Made by a program: the position numbers and the translations under genes. From the NCBI GenBank assembly GCA_963723695.1, contig CAVRRU010000009.1, positions 106,456 through 170,455 on the forward strand: a DNA stretch of 64,000 nucleotides, in the 5' to 3' direction. The stretch is from an uncultured Gaiellaceae bacterium (lineage in GTDB: Bacteria; Actinomycetota; Thermoleophilia; Gaiellales; Gaiellaceae). Position 1 is the first letter of the stretch; each line of letters starts with the position of its first letter. Below the pieces are notes generated by a model. That model made no database searches and had not been told where the DNA came from. It saw nothing but the letters and a program-made list of their open reading frames with translations. Of the stretch, positions 9,206 to 17,955 are shown piece after piece.

Positions 9206-11785
9206 ATGGCCCCGAAGACGCTCACGGGCGAGGAGCTCGTCCTCGACGACGGGCCGGCGCACGACGCCGAGCTTTTCCTCGTCGACGGCAACAACCTCGC
9301 TTACCGCGCGTTCTTTGCCCTCCCGGAGGAGCTCCAGACGACCGAAGGGCAGCCGACGAACGCGCTCCTCGGCTTCACGAACATGCTCTTCAAGCTGCTC
9401 TCCGACTACAAGCCGCGCGGGGTCGCGGTGGCGTGGGACACGCAAGCCTGTCCACCGCAAGGAGATCGACGCCGAGTACAAGGCCGACCGCCGCTCGATG
9501 CCGGACCTTCTTCGCGAGCAGTTCCCGCATTTCCGCCCGATCGTCGAGGCGTTCGGCTATCAGAACCTCGAGTTCGAAGGCTGGGAGGCCGACGACGTCA
9601 TCGCGACGCTCGCGACGCAGGCGGACGAGGCAGGAGTGAAGACGTGCGTCGTCTCGACCGACCGTGACGCGTTCCAGCTCGTGTCGGAGAACGTCTGCCT
9701 GATGATGACGCCGCGCGGGGTCGCCGACGTCCAGGTCTACACGCCCGAGCGCGTAGAGGCCCGCTACGGGATCCGGCCCGACCAGATCCCCGACTTCATC
9801 GGCCTGAAAGGCGACTCGAGCGACAACATCCCGGGTATCCCGGGTATCGGCGACAAGACCGCTGGACAGCTGATCTCGCAGTACGGATCGGTCGAGGGCG
9901 TGATCGAGCATGCGTCCGAGCTCTCGCCGGCGCGGTCGAAGGCGATCGCCGAGAACGCGGAGCAGGCCGAGAGCGTCGAAGCTGCTCGCCACGATGCGGC
10001 GCGACCTCGAGCTCGACGTCGACTCGGCCGATCTCGTCCTGCAGCCTCCCGACCGCTCCGAGCTGAAGGAGATCTTCCGCCGTTTCGAGTTCCGCGGGCT
10101 GCTCAGCCGCGTCGACACGCTCGACGAGGCGCTGCCCGGCCGCCGAGCGGCCGCACGTCGAGACCGAGAAGGTGCCCTGGCGCGAGGGCGAGCTGAAGGG
10201 CCTGCGGGGCCGAGTCGGCGTCGCCGCCGACGCCGAGCGAATCGCGGTCGCGACCGAAGCCGGCGAGGTGATCGTCGCACCCGGGCCGAGTGACACAGTG
10301 TCACAAGGCGATCTCCAGTTGATCGCGCACGACGCGAAGCAGCTCCGGCTCGGCGAGCCTGCCGCGGAGGACACGATGATCGCGGCCTATCTCGATCGAC
10401 CCGGGTCGCGCGGAGTACGAGCTCGACGACCTCATGGCCGAGTACGGCATCGAGCTCGAGCCGGATCCGCCCGCGGAGGAGGAGACCGCGGAGCTCGTCC
10501 GCCACGCGGAGGCTGCCCGACGCCTCGCTCGGCCGCTCGTCGCGAAGGTCGCCGAGCGTGGCTCCGAACGGCTCTACCGCGACACGGAGCTGCCGCTCAC
10601 CGTCGTCCTGGCAGCGATGGAGGACTCAGGCGTATCGCATCGACACGTACCGGATGGGCGAGATCACCGCGCGGCTCTCGGACCGCATCGAGGAGCTCGA
10701 GGCTCGTGCGTACGAGCTCGCCGGCGAGGAGTTCGTCATCGGCTCGCCGCTGCAGCTCGGCCGGATCCTGTTCGAGAAGCTCGAGCTCACGCCCGGCCGC
10801 AAGGGGAAGACCGGCTACTCGACGGACGGCAAGGTGCTTCGCGCGATCCGCGACGACCACGAGATCGTCCCGGCGATCGAGGAGTGGCGCGAGCTCACGA
10901 AGCTCGTGAACACGTACCTCGGCCCGCTGCCGACGCTCATCGGCGAGGACGGCCGGCTGCACACGACGATCAACCAGACGGTCGCGGCGACCGGGCGCCT
11001 CTCGACGACGAGCCCGAACCTGCAGGCGATCCCGATTCGTACCGAGCTCGGGCGCGAGATCCGCTCGGCGTTCGTCGCGGAGCCGGGGCACCGGCTGCTC
11101 TCTGCGGACTACTCGCAGATCGAGCTGCGCATCCTCGCGCACGTCTCCGGCGAGCCGAAGCTCCGAGATGCCTTCGCTCGCGGCGAGGACATCCACACGG
11201 CGACCGCCGCCGAGGTGCTCGGGAAGGACCCGGCGACGCTGACGAAGGACGAGCGGAACGTCGCGAAGATGATCAACTTCGGGATCGTCTACGGGATCTC
11301 CGCGTTCGGGCTGTCGGAGAACCTCGACATCCCGAAGGAGCAGGCGCAGGCGTACATCGACGCCTACCTGGCCCGTTTCCCGCTCGTGCAGGCGTTCATC
11401 GCCCGGACGATCGTGCAGGCGTCGGAGGACGGCTACGCCACGAGCCTGCTCGGACGGCGGCGACCCGTGCCCGAGCTGCGCGCTTCGAACCGGCAGACAC
11501 GCGGCTTCGGCGAGCGCGTCGCCGTGAACTTCGTCATGCAGGGCTCGAACGCGGACATCATCAAGGTCGCGATGGTCAGCGATCCACGACCGGCTGCGAG
11601 CGGAGGGGAGAGGCGCGCGCCTCGTCCTGCAGGTGCACGACGAGCTCCTGCTCGAGGTGCCCGAGACCGAGGTGACGAAGGTCCGCGAGCTCGTCCGCGA
11701 GGAGATGGTCGGCGCCTACCCGCTCGATCCGCCGCTGGCCGTCGACGTCGGCGTCGGCGACGACTGGGCGGAGGCGAAGTCCTAG
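9206..11785 (+). pseudogene. polA: DNA polymerase I (polA); frame interrupted by about six single-base shifts, probably sequence errors
   Basis: The 5'-nuclease (LFLVDGNNLAYRAFFALP, DNIPGIPGIGDKTA) and Pol A motifs (LLSADYSQIELRILAH, INFGIVYGIS, LQVHDELLLEV) are spread over frames 2>0>1>2>0>1>2. Switches occur near 9440, 9972, 10138, 10393, 10632 and 11580. Stop TAG 11783-11785. Confidence 0.9.
10290..10304. promoter_or_regulatory. Rex-operator-like palindrome GTGACACAGTGTCAC inside polA coding sequence
   Basis: Perfect 7-1-7 inverted repeat, followed by AAGG. The same 18-mer CGAGTGACACAGTGTCAC recurs at 63475-63492, and near-identical copies lie at 54796 and 62806. Confidence 0.35.
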
Positions 11786-11787
11786 GG

Positions 11788-11803
11788 GCGAGGCTTGCCT
11801 CGC
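11788..11803. terminator. short hairpin between convergent polA and MBL-fold genes
   Basis: GCGAGGC TT GCCTCGC read directly. Short stem, no U-tract. Weak. Confidence 0.25.
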
Positions 11804-11811
11804 GCTCGGCC

Positions 11812-12525
11812 CTACAGCTCGAGTGTCTCGCCGTCGTTCGGGACGAGCACGCCCGGGACCGACGCGCGCAGCTCCGCGCGCGTGAGGAAGCAGTGGTTGA
11901 GCGCCTCGAGGTGCACGGCAACGACTGTCGGCACGCGCGCTGCGACCTCCCGCACGTCCTCGACGCCCATCACGATGGGGCCGCCCTCCGTGAACTCTGC
12001 GCCGCCCGCGTTGACGATCGCGACACGAGGACGGTGGCGCTCGATCGTCTCTGCCACGCCTTCGTACCAGACGGTGTCGCCGGCGAGATAGAGGTCGTCG
12101 AGCACGAACCCGCTGACCGGCGCGAGCGCCTCCGCGATCGCTCCCGACCCGTGCCGTGCCGGCGTTCGCGTGATGCCGAGCCCTTCCCACTCGAGCTCGG
12201 AGACGACTGCGCGCGCGTCGAGACCGAGCTCCCGAAGTGCGTCTTCGTCCTCGGGCTGGCAGAAGACCGGGATGTCGCGCGGCAGGAGCTCTTCTGCGCG
12301 AGCGTCGAGGTGATCCCTGTGCCGGTGAGTGACGATCACCGCGTCGAGGCCGCGCACGACCTCCTCGGCTGGAAACGGGAGCGGCACTGTCGGGTTGGGC
12401 ACCGGGTTCGCGGTGCCCCCGATCGGGGGACGGGCGCCGACGTCGTCCAGCATCGGATCGACCAGGATCCGCTTGCCGTCGAGCTCGAGGATGAGGGTCG
12501 CGCTGCGGACGAGCGTGAGGCGCAT
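11812..12525 (-). CDS. MBL-fold metallo-hydrolase
   Basis: 237-aa ORF with the HxHxDH motif (THRHRDH) and a beta-lactamase-fold-like layout. Confidence 0.7.
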   Translation of the reverse strand: MRLTLVRSATLILELDGKRILVDPMLDDVGARPPIGGTANPVPNPTVPLPFPAEEVVRGLDAVIVTHRHRDHLDARAEELLPRDIPVFCQPEDEDALRELGLDARAVVSELEWEGLGITRTPARHGSGAIAEALAPVSGFVLDDLYLAGDTVWYEGVAETIERHRPRVAIVNAGGAEFTEGGPIVMGVEDVREVAARVPTVVAVHLEALNHCFLTRAELRASVPGVLVPNDGETLEL

Positions 12526-12599
12526 GCAGGGTTTCTAGCCGATGCCCGAGCCCTTTCCGACCGTTCGGACGGTAGACCTGAATTTACGCTGCATCTGGC

Positions 12600-12605
12600 T
12601 ATACT
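12600..12605 (+). promoter_or_regulatory. -10 hexamer TATACT for a (near-)leaderless rpsA transcript
   Basis: TATACT lies 10 nt upstream of ATG 12616, with no Shine-Dalgarno between them. Confidence 0.45.
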
Positions 12606-12615
12606 CCGCGCTCCG

Positions 12616-14049
12616 ATGGCGAACGACATCGCCGAAAAGCCCGCTGCCGCCGAAGAAGGGGTCTGGACGACAGGTCCCGACGGGGAGCTCGTGCCTGACT
12701 ACGACTCCGCCTTCCCGGAGATAAACGAGGGCGAGGTCGTGCACGGAACGGTCGTTCGTGTGGACAAGGACGAGGTGCTCGTCGACATCGGCTACAAGTC
12801 CGAAGGGGTCATCCCGGTCGCCGAGCTGACGATTCGCCGGTCGGTCAACCCGGCCGACGAGGTCGCGGTCGGCGAGGAGATCGACGCGCTCGTCCTCACG
12901 AAGGAGGACGCCGACGGCCGCCTCATCCTCTCGAAGAAGCGCGCCCGCTTCGAGCTCGCGTGGAAGCGCATCGAGGGGGCGGCCGAGTCGGGCGAGCCGG
13001 TCAACGGGAAGGTGATCGAGGTCGTCAAGGGAGGCCTCATCCTCGACCTCGGGGTGCGCGGCTTCCTGCCTGCCTCGCTCGTCGACATCCGGCGCGTGCA
13101 GGACCTCGACGAGTTCCTCGGCAAGGAGCTCCGCTGCAAGGTCATCGAGCTGAACCGCTCCCGCAACAACGTCGTCCTCTCGCGCCGCGCGGTGCTCGAG
13201 GACGAGCGCAAGGAGATGCGGCAGGCGATCCTCGACCGATTGAGCCCCGGCGACGTCATCGAAGGCCAGATCTCGAACATCGTCGACTTCGGCGCCTTCG
13301 TCGACCTCGACGGCATGGACGGTCTCATCCACATCTCCGAGCTCAGCTGGAGCCACGTGAACCATCCGTCCGAGGTGCTCGACATCGGACAGACGGTGAA
13401 GGTCAAGGTTCTGGACATCGACCGCGAGCGCCAGCGGATCTCGCTCGGGCTCAAGCAGACCCAGACGGACCCGTGGCAGCAGGTCGTCGAGAGCTACCGC
13501 GAGGACGACGTCGTCGAGGGCCGCGTGGCGAAGGTCGTCACGTTCGGCGCCTTCGTCGAGATCCTCCCCGGAGTCGAAGGCCTCGTGCACATCTCCGAGC
13601 TCGCCCCGCACCATGTCGAGAATCCGCGCGAGGTCGTCTCGCAGGGTGACGCGGTGAACGTCCGCATCCTCGAGATCGACGGCGAGCGCAGGCGCCTCTC
13701 CCTCTCGCTGAAGCGCGTCGAGGAGGGCGACGAGCCCGTTCCACGCGCGGACGGCGCGGAGTCCGTGCACACGATGCCCGACCTCAAGCTTTCGGAAGAG
13801 GCGTTCCCGACGTCTGCTGCGGCCGCCCGAGGTCGATGTCGAGGCCGGGCCGGCGGAGGAGATCGCCGAGGAGGTCGGGTCGGAAGTAGAGCTTCCCGAG
13901 GCCGAGGTGTCGGAGGCGGAGCCGCCGGAAGCGATCTGCGGAGCCGGAGCAGCCGAGGCCGAGACAGAGGCCGAGCCCGAAGCAGAGGCCGAGGCCGAGG
14001 CGCCGAGGAGCTCTCGGAAGTCGGCTCCGAGCAGCAAGACCCCGACTAG
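12616..14049 (+). CDS. rpsA: 30S ribosomal protein S1 (C-terminal tail read through two compensating frame shifts)
   Basis: Four S1 repeats (GTVVRVDKDEVLVDIGYKSEGVIP, GKVIEVVKGGLILDLGVRGFLPAS, GQISNIVDFGAFVDLDGMDGLIHISEL, GRVAKVVTFGAFVEILPGVEGLVHISEL). ATG 12616 lies within the long ORF 10558..14049. Confidence 0.95.
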   Translation: MANDIAEKPAAAEEGVWTTGPDGELVPDYDSAFPEINEGEVVHGTVVRVDKDEVLVDIGYKSEGVIPVAELTIRRSVNPADEVAVGEEIDALVLTKEDADGRLILSKKRARFELAWKRIEGAAESGEPVNGKVIEVVKGGLILDLGVRGFLPASLVDIRRVQDLDEFLGKELRCKVIELNRSRNNVVLSRRAVLEDERKEMRQAILDRLSPGDVIEGQISNIVDFGAFVDLDGMDGLIHISELSWSHVNHPSEVLDIGQTVKVKVLDIDRERQRISLGLKQTQTDPWQQVVESYREDDVVEGRVAKVVTFGAFVEILPGVEGLVHISELAPHHVENPREVVSQGDAVNVRILEIDGERRRLSLSLKRVEEGDEPVPRADGAESVHTMPDLKLSEEAFPTSAAAARGRCRGRAGGGDRRGGRVGSRASRGRGVGGGAAGSDLRSRSSRGRDRGRARSRGRGRGAEELSEVGSEQQDPD

Positions 14050-14055
14050 CGCGAC

Positions 14056-14650
14056 TTGCCCCGCCCACTCGCGGTCGCGATCACCGGAGGGATCGGCGCC
14101 GGCAAGTCGACGGCGCTCGACGCCTTCCGGCGGCACGGTGCGGCGACCGTGTCGAGCGACGAGATCGTCCACCACCTGCTCGCGACGGACCCGGAGGTGA
14201 GGAGTGCCCTCGTCGATCGTCTCGGCGAGGAGATCCTCGGAGAGGACGGAGCGCCCGATCGCGAGCGGATCGCAGTGCGCGTCTTCAAGGACCGCGAAGC
14301 GCTCGACTTCCTCGAGAAGCTGCTCCATCCACTCGTGTCCCGCGAGTACATGGCTTGGCGAGAGCAGCTCGCTGCACTTCCGAACCCCCCCGAGGTGTGT
14401 GTCACCGAGGTGCCGCTCCTCTACGAGGTCGGCGCGGAGAGCCGATTCGACAAGGTGGTCGTCATCACCGCGCCGCCGAAGCTGCGCGACGCCCGTCGGG
14501 GCGGACGGAAGGACGACCGCGAAGATCGGCTCATCTCCGATCGCGAGAAGGCGAAGCGGGCGGACTTCACATACGTGAACACCGGGACACCCGAGCAGCT
14601 GGACGCGTGGGTTGCCGAGGTGATGGCTACCCTGACCGAGCTCGTCCTGA
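14056..14650 (+). CDS. coaE: dephospho-CoA kinase CoaE (natural stop apparently lost; ORF runs on to 15051)
   Basis: TTG 14056. AITGGIGAGKST P-loop, VTEVPLLYEVG, about 195 aa of CoaE-like sequence ending near AEVMATLTE. The remaining 400 nt of the ORF overlaps the SLT gene in another frame. Confidence 0.8.
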
Positions 14651-14663
14651 CGCTCACCTTCTC

Positions 14664-15221
14664 GTGCGGTACCTGGTCGCCTCAGCGCTCGCCGTGCTCG
14701 CGTTCGCGGGCGCCGCAGCGTGGGTCGTCGAGTCGGAGCCCGACTGGTACCTCCGTGCTCGCTATCAGCTCGAGTACGAGCACATCCTGCGAGCGCACTC
14801 GCGGAACTACGACCTCGACCCGGCGCTGCTCGCTGCCGTCGTGTACTCGGAGAGCAGGTTCGACCCGAATGTCGAGTCCGCCGCCGGCGCCGTTGGGCTC
14901 ATGCAGCTCCTTCCCGACACCGCGAAGGGCATCGCGCTCCGCACCGGTGGCGACCGCTTCGTCGTCGCCGACCTGCGCGACCCCGAGATCAACGTGCGCT
15001 ACGGCTGCTGGTATCTCGACCACCTGCGCGAGCGCTACGACGGCGACATGACGCTGGCGCTGGCCGCCTACCACGCCGGGCAGGGGAACGTCGACCGCTG
15101 GCAGCGGAACGGGGGTGGTGGTGGGATCGAGTTCCCGGAGACGCGGGCCTACGTCGAGGAGGTCGAGCGCGTCAGGCGGGTGTACGCGTCCGCGTACCCC
15201 GAGGAGCTCGGGCTCCGATAG
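14664..15221 (+). CDS. membrane-anchored lytic transglycosylase (SLT domain)
   Basis: GTG 14664 in ORF 14355..15221. N-terminal anchor YLVASALAVLAFAGAAAWVV. SLT motif YSESRFDPNVESAAGAVGLMQLLPDTA and AAYHAGQGNV. Confidence 0.85.
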   Translation: MRYLVASALAVLAFAGAAAWVVESEPDWYLRARYQLEYEHILRAHSRNYDLDPALLAAVVYSESRFDPNVESAAGAVGLMQLLPDTAKGIALRTGGDRFVVADLRDPEINVRYGCWYLDHLRERYDGDMTLALAAYHAGQGNVDRWQRNGGGGGIEFPETRAYVEEVERVRRVYASAYPEELGLR

Positions 15222-15762
15222 CGTCGCGCAGCAGGCCGAGAACGAGCTCGGTCTTCGGGAGCTCCTCGCCGCCGGCCCGCATGAGCGCGAGCCCGTTCAG
15301 CACGAGGTTCACGAACGTGCCGATCTCCTTCGACGAGAGGTCATCGCGAAACTCCCCGCGTCGCTGCGCCTCCTCGAGGCGCGCTCGGTTCGCCGGAACG
15401 ATCTCGCTCTGCCTCGCGTCGATTCGCGCGTGGAACTCGGGATCTGTGCGAATGCGCCGGAACAGCTCGAGGTAGACGGAGAGCCAGGCGGGATCGAGTT
15501 CCATGACCTCGTGCACCACGGCTTCGAGCCCGTCGCCGATCCACAGCTCCGACATGCGCGCGCTGTCCCGGACGGCGAGCTCGATGAAGAGGTCCTCCTT
15601 CGACGGGAAGTAGTTGAAGATTGCGCCGCGCGAGAGGCCGATCTCGCGCTCGAGCTTCGCCACCGTCGCGCCTTCGTAGCCGTGCTCGGCGAAGCAGCGG
15701 CGAGCTCCCTCGAGGATCTGCTCGCGTCGTGCTTCCTTTCGCTCTTCGGAGATCTTGGGCAT
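15172..15762 (-). CDS. TetR/AcrR family transcriptional regulator
   Basis: 196-aa ORF with a TetR HTH (ILEGARRCFAEHGYEGATVAKLEREIGLSRGAIFNYFPSKEDLF). Divergent from the MFS gene. Its 3' end overlaps the SLT gene by 50 nt. Confidence 0.85.
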   Translation of the reverse strand: MPKISEERKEARREQILEGARRCFAEHGYEGATVAKLEREIGLSRGAIFNYFPSKEDLFIELAVRDSARMSELWIGDGLEAVVHEVMELDPAWLSVYLELFRRIRTDPEFHARIDARQSEIVPANRARLEEAQRRGEFRDDLSSKEIGTFVNLVLNGLALMRAGGEELPKTELVLGLLRDAIGARAPRGTRTRTPA

Positions 15763-15815
15763 TTCGACGGATCGTACTTTACAAAACCGTACAGACGTTT
15801 TATTATCTCGGCCGC
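15763..15815. promoter_or_regulatory. AT-rich divergent TetR/MFS promoter-operator region
   Basis: The only AT-rich stretch nearby. TATTAT (15801-15806) lies 9 nt before the MFS ATG. TAAAGT on the minus strand lies 13 nt before the TetR ATG. CGTAC repeats may be the operator. Confidence 0.4.
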
Positions 15816-17049
15816 ATGATCACCTCGGCGGCGACGGACGTGAAGAAGACCGCTGTGTCGGCGCTCGTCGCCGCCGAGACGATCTCGGTGCTCGGCACGC
15901 GCATGACGTATCTCGCTTTGCCGTGGTTCGTCCTCGTGACGACGGGCTCGCCGAGCAAGATGACGCTCGTCCTCGCCGCGGAGATCCTGCCGATGGCCGT
16001 GCTCGGCATCCCGAGCGGTGTCGTCGTCCAGCGGCTCGGTTCGCGTACGACGATGCTCGTCTCCGACCTCGCGCGGGCACCGATCCTCGCGTCGATCCCG
16101 CTCCTGCACTCGGCCGGAGTGCTCAGCTTCGGCCTCCTGCTCGGTCTCGTCGCGTTGCTCGGCTGCTTCATGCCGCCGTACTTCGCGTCGCAGCGGACGA
16201 TTCTCCCGGAGCTCGTCGGAGAGGACGAGCGGCGGATGTCGCAGGCGAACAGCTCGATCGAGGGCGGCAGCGCACTGGCCGCGATGCTCGGTCCCGCGAT
16301 CGCCGGGCTGCTCATCCCGTTCATCGGAGCGCCGAACGTCCTGTACGTGGACGCGGCGACCTACCTGATCGCGTTCCTTCTCGTCCTCGTCTTCGTCCCG
16401 CGGCGCAAGCCGCTCGCGGCCTCGGTGCAGCACGGCGTGCTCGCCGGACTTCGCTTCCTCGCGCGGGATCGGCTCCTCGCCCCGATGGCGGCCACGGTGG
16501 TTGCGTTCGGCTTCCTCGGGGCAGGGCTGTCGGCGGGTCTTCCGGTTTATGCATACGACGAGTTCGGCGGAAGCTCCTGGATCGCCGGCCTCTTCTACTC
16601 TGCGCTCGGCGCCGGAGCCGTCGTCGGGAGCGTGCTGGCGGTCTTCGCGGTGAAGCGGATCCCTCCCCTCCGACTCGCTGCGGTCGGCATCCTCGCGTTC
16701 TCGATTCCGCATGTGGGTGCTGCCGTTTCTCCCGCCATGGCCTGTCGTCTTCGTCGCGCTGTTCGCCGCCATGCTCTTCACACCGCTCGTCAACGGGCCT
16801 ACGCTGGGCGTCCTGACAGCCCGAACTCCGGAGAGCCTGCGGCCGAAGGTCATGACTGCCGTGATCACGGCGAACACGCTCGCCGCGCCACTGGGCTTCC
16901 TCATCGCGGGGCAGGTGCTCGAGCACTGGGGCGTCGTGCCGCTGTTCACCGCGGTCGTTCTCGGGATCACGTGGATGGCGATCGTCTTCGCCGCGATCGT
17001 CTGGCGGCACGACGACGGCGAGCCCATACCCGAACTCGCCGCGACGTAG
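15816..17049 (+). CDS. MFS transporter (apparent +1 frameshift near 16708)
   Basis: About 12 hydrophobic helices. The N-terminal 297 aa are read from ATG 15816 (ORF 15621..17384 frame). The C-terminal part continues in ORF 16711..17049 (WVLPFLPPWPVVFVALFAAMLF...). Confidence 0.8.
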
Positions 17050-17052
17050 GAC

Positions 17053-17088
17053 GACCGCCGGCGCGGGACGGACTGCGCGCCGGCGGTC
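17053..17088. terminator. bidirectional GC-rich hairpin (13-bp perfect stem) between convergent MFS and RTX genes
   Basis: GACCGCCGGCGCG (17053-17065) pairs with CGCGCCGGCGGTC (17076-17088); 10-nt loop. Confidence 0.6.
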
Positions 17089-17105
17089 GAGCCCCTCCCC
17101 TGCCG

Positions 17106-17876
17106 TCAGGACTGGAGCGTTGCCGTGTAGGTCTTCAGGCCGCTCGAGCACTTGTAGTGCGTACCCTCGAGATCGAACTCCGCGGTTCCCGTCACGGTGC
17201 CGGTGACCGTCGCGCCCTCGATCTTCCCTGTGACCGTGTCGGTGAAGGTTGCCGGCTTGTCGTCGACGGTCCCTGTCCCGGAGCTCGACGCAGAGAACGT
17301 TCCGTCGGTGGCGATCCGGAACCTGCTCGCTCCCCACTCGAGCGTCCCGTAGACGTAGAGGTTGTCGTTGCAGTCCTCGCGTAGGTAGTTCGACCGGAAC
17401 CCAGTGATCGTTCGATCCGCCAGGATCTGGAAGAAGACGAAGTTGCCGTCCAACAGGCCCTGGTACGAACCAGCCGTGATCGGAGTGACAGGAGGCGGAG
17501 GCGGTGCAGTCGGAGGCGGAGGGACCGGCACAGGCACCGTCGTCTGTACACCCATGACGACCTCGCAGTCGCCGCCGATCTTGTCCAGGCGGTCTCCGCG
17601 CGCAATGTCCTGTCCGCCGCCACAAGACAGCTTGTCGGCACCTCGGCCTCCGACCAGCAAGTCGTCTCCCGGGCCGCCGTTCAGGACATCGTTCCCCGCA
17701 GCGCCGTAGAGCTTGTCGTTGCCGCCCTTGCCGTTGAGCGCGTCGGCCTTGGCGCCTCCCCGCAGTGTGTCGTTCCCCGCTGTTCCCTTGATCGTCGTTG
17801 CACCCACCGTCGCGGCTGCGATCAGTGCGCCGCAGACGAGGATCGGGATGATGCTCGTGCGCCTCTTGAGTGACAT
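17106..17876 (-). CDS. secreted calcium-binding RTX-repeat protein
   Basis: Signal peptide. GGxGxD nonapeptide repeats (GTAGNDTLRGGAKADALNGKGGNDKLYGAAGNDVLNGGPGDDLL). Pro-rich linker plus a C-terminal beta-rich domain. GGAGGGAG RBS 8 nt before the ATG. Confidence 0.75.
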   Translation of the reverse strand: MSLKRRTSIIPILVCGALIAAATVGATTIKGTAGNDTLRGGAKADALNGKGGNDKLYGAAGNDVLNGGPGDDLLVGGRGADKLSCGGGQDIARGDRLDKIGGDCEVVMGVQTTVPVPVPPPPTAPPPPPVTPITAGSYQGLLDGNFVFFQILADRTITGFRSNYLREDCNDNLYVYGTLEWGASRFRIATDGTFSASSSGTGTVDDKPATFTDTVTGKIEGATVTGTVTGTAEFDLEGTHYKCSSGLKTYTATLQS

Positions 17877-17922
17877 CGTGGGTACTCCCTCCTGCGCCTC
17901 GTCGGCGCACTGTGTTGGAGGC

Positions 17923-17955
17923 AGCGTCGGTGCTGCTGCTCAAGAAACGCTCAAG
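17923..17955 (-). promoter_or_regulatory. SARP-type promoter: TTGAGCG-N4-TTGAGCA, 8 bp, -10 GACGCT
   Basis: Minus-strand reading. Heptamers at 17948-17954 and 17937-17943 (11-bp phase), hexamer at 17923-17928. Upstream of the RTX gene start at 17876. Confidence 0.55.

Noticed and set aside
9206-11785. Programmed ribosomal frameshifting as an explanation for the polA frame changes
   Set aside because: There are six switches with no slippery heptamers or downstream structures, and similar breaks occur in unrelated genes nearby. Sequence error is the simpler explanation.
13900-14010. GAGGCC/GAGGCG tandem-like repeats considered as a microsatellite or CRISPR-like array
   Set aside because: Irregular 6-9-nt units with no spacers. 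They simply encode the Glu/Ala-rich tail of S1.
10558-14049. 1163-aa ORF that appears to fuse polA, an unknown middle part and rpsA
   Set aside because: This is an artefact of stop-codon scarcity in very GC-rich DNA. Its middle third is antisense to the MBL-fold gene, and only the polA segment and the part from ATG 12616 (S1) look like real protein.
12535-14328. 597-aa minus-strand ORF
   Set aside because: It is a mirror ORF antisense to rpsA/coaE. Low-complexity Asp/Glu/Leu/Arg composition, no motifs, and the S1 frame carries all the conservation.
15309-17943. Long minus-strand ORFs (15309..17027, 16321..17943) and other Arg-rich ORFs such as 35476..36483, 36056..36856, 54833..55732, 38630..39478
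   Set aside because: Out-of-frame or antisense shadows of well-supported genes (MFS, RTX, FMO, GNAT/FmdB, CHRD). Extreme Arg/Pro/Gly content, typical of wrong frames in high-GC DNA.
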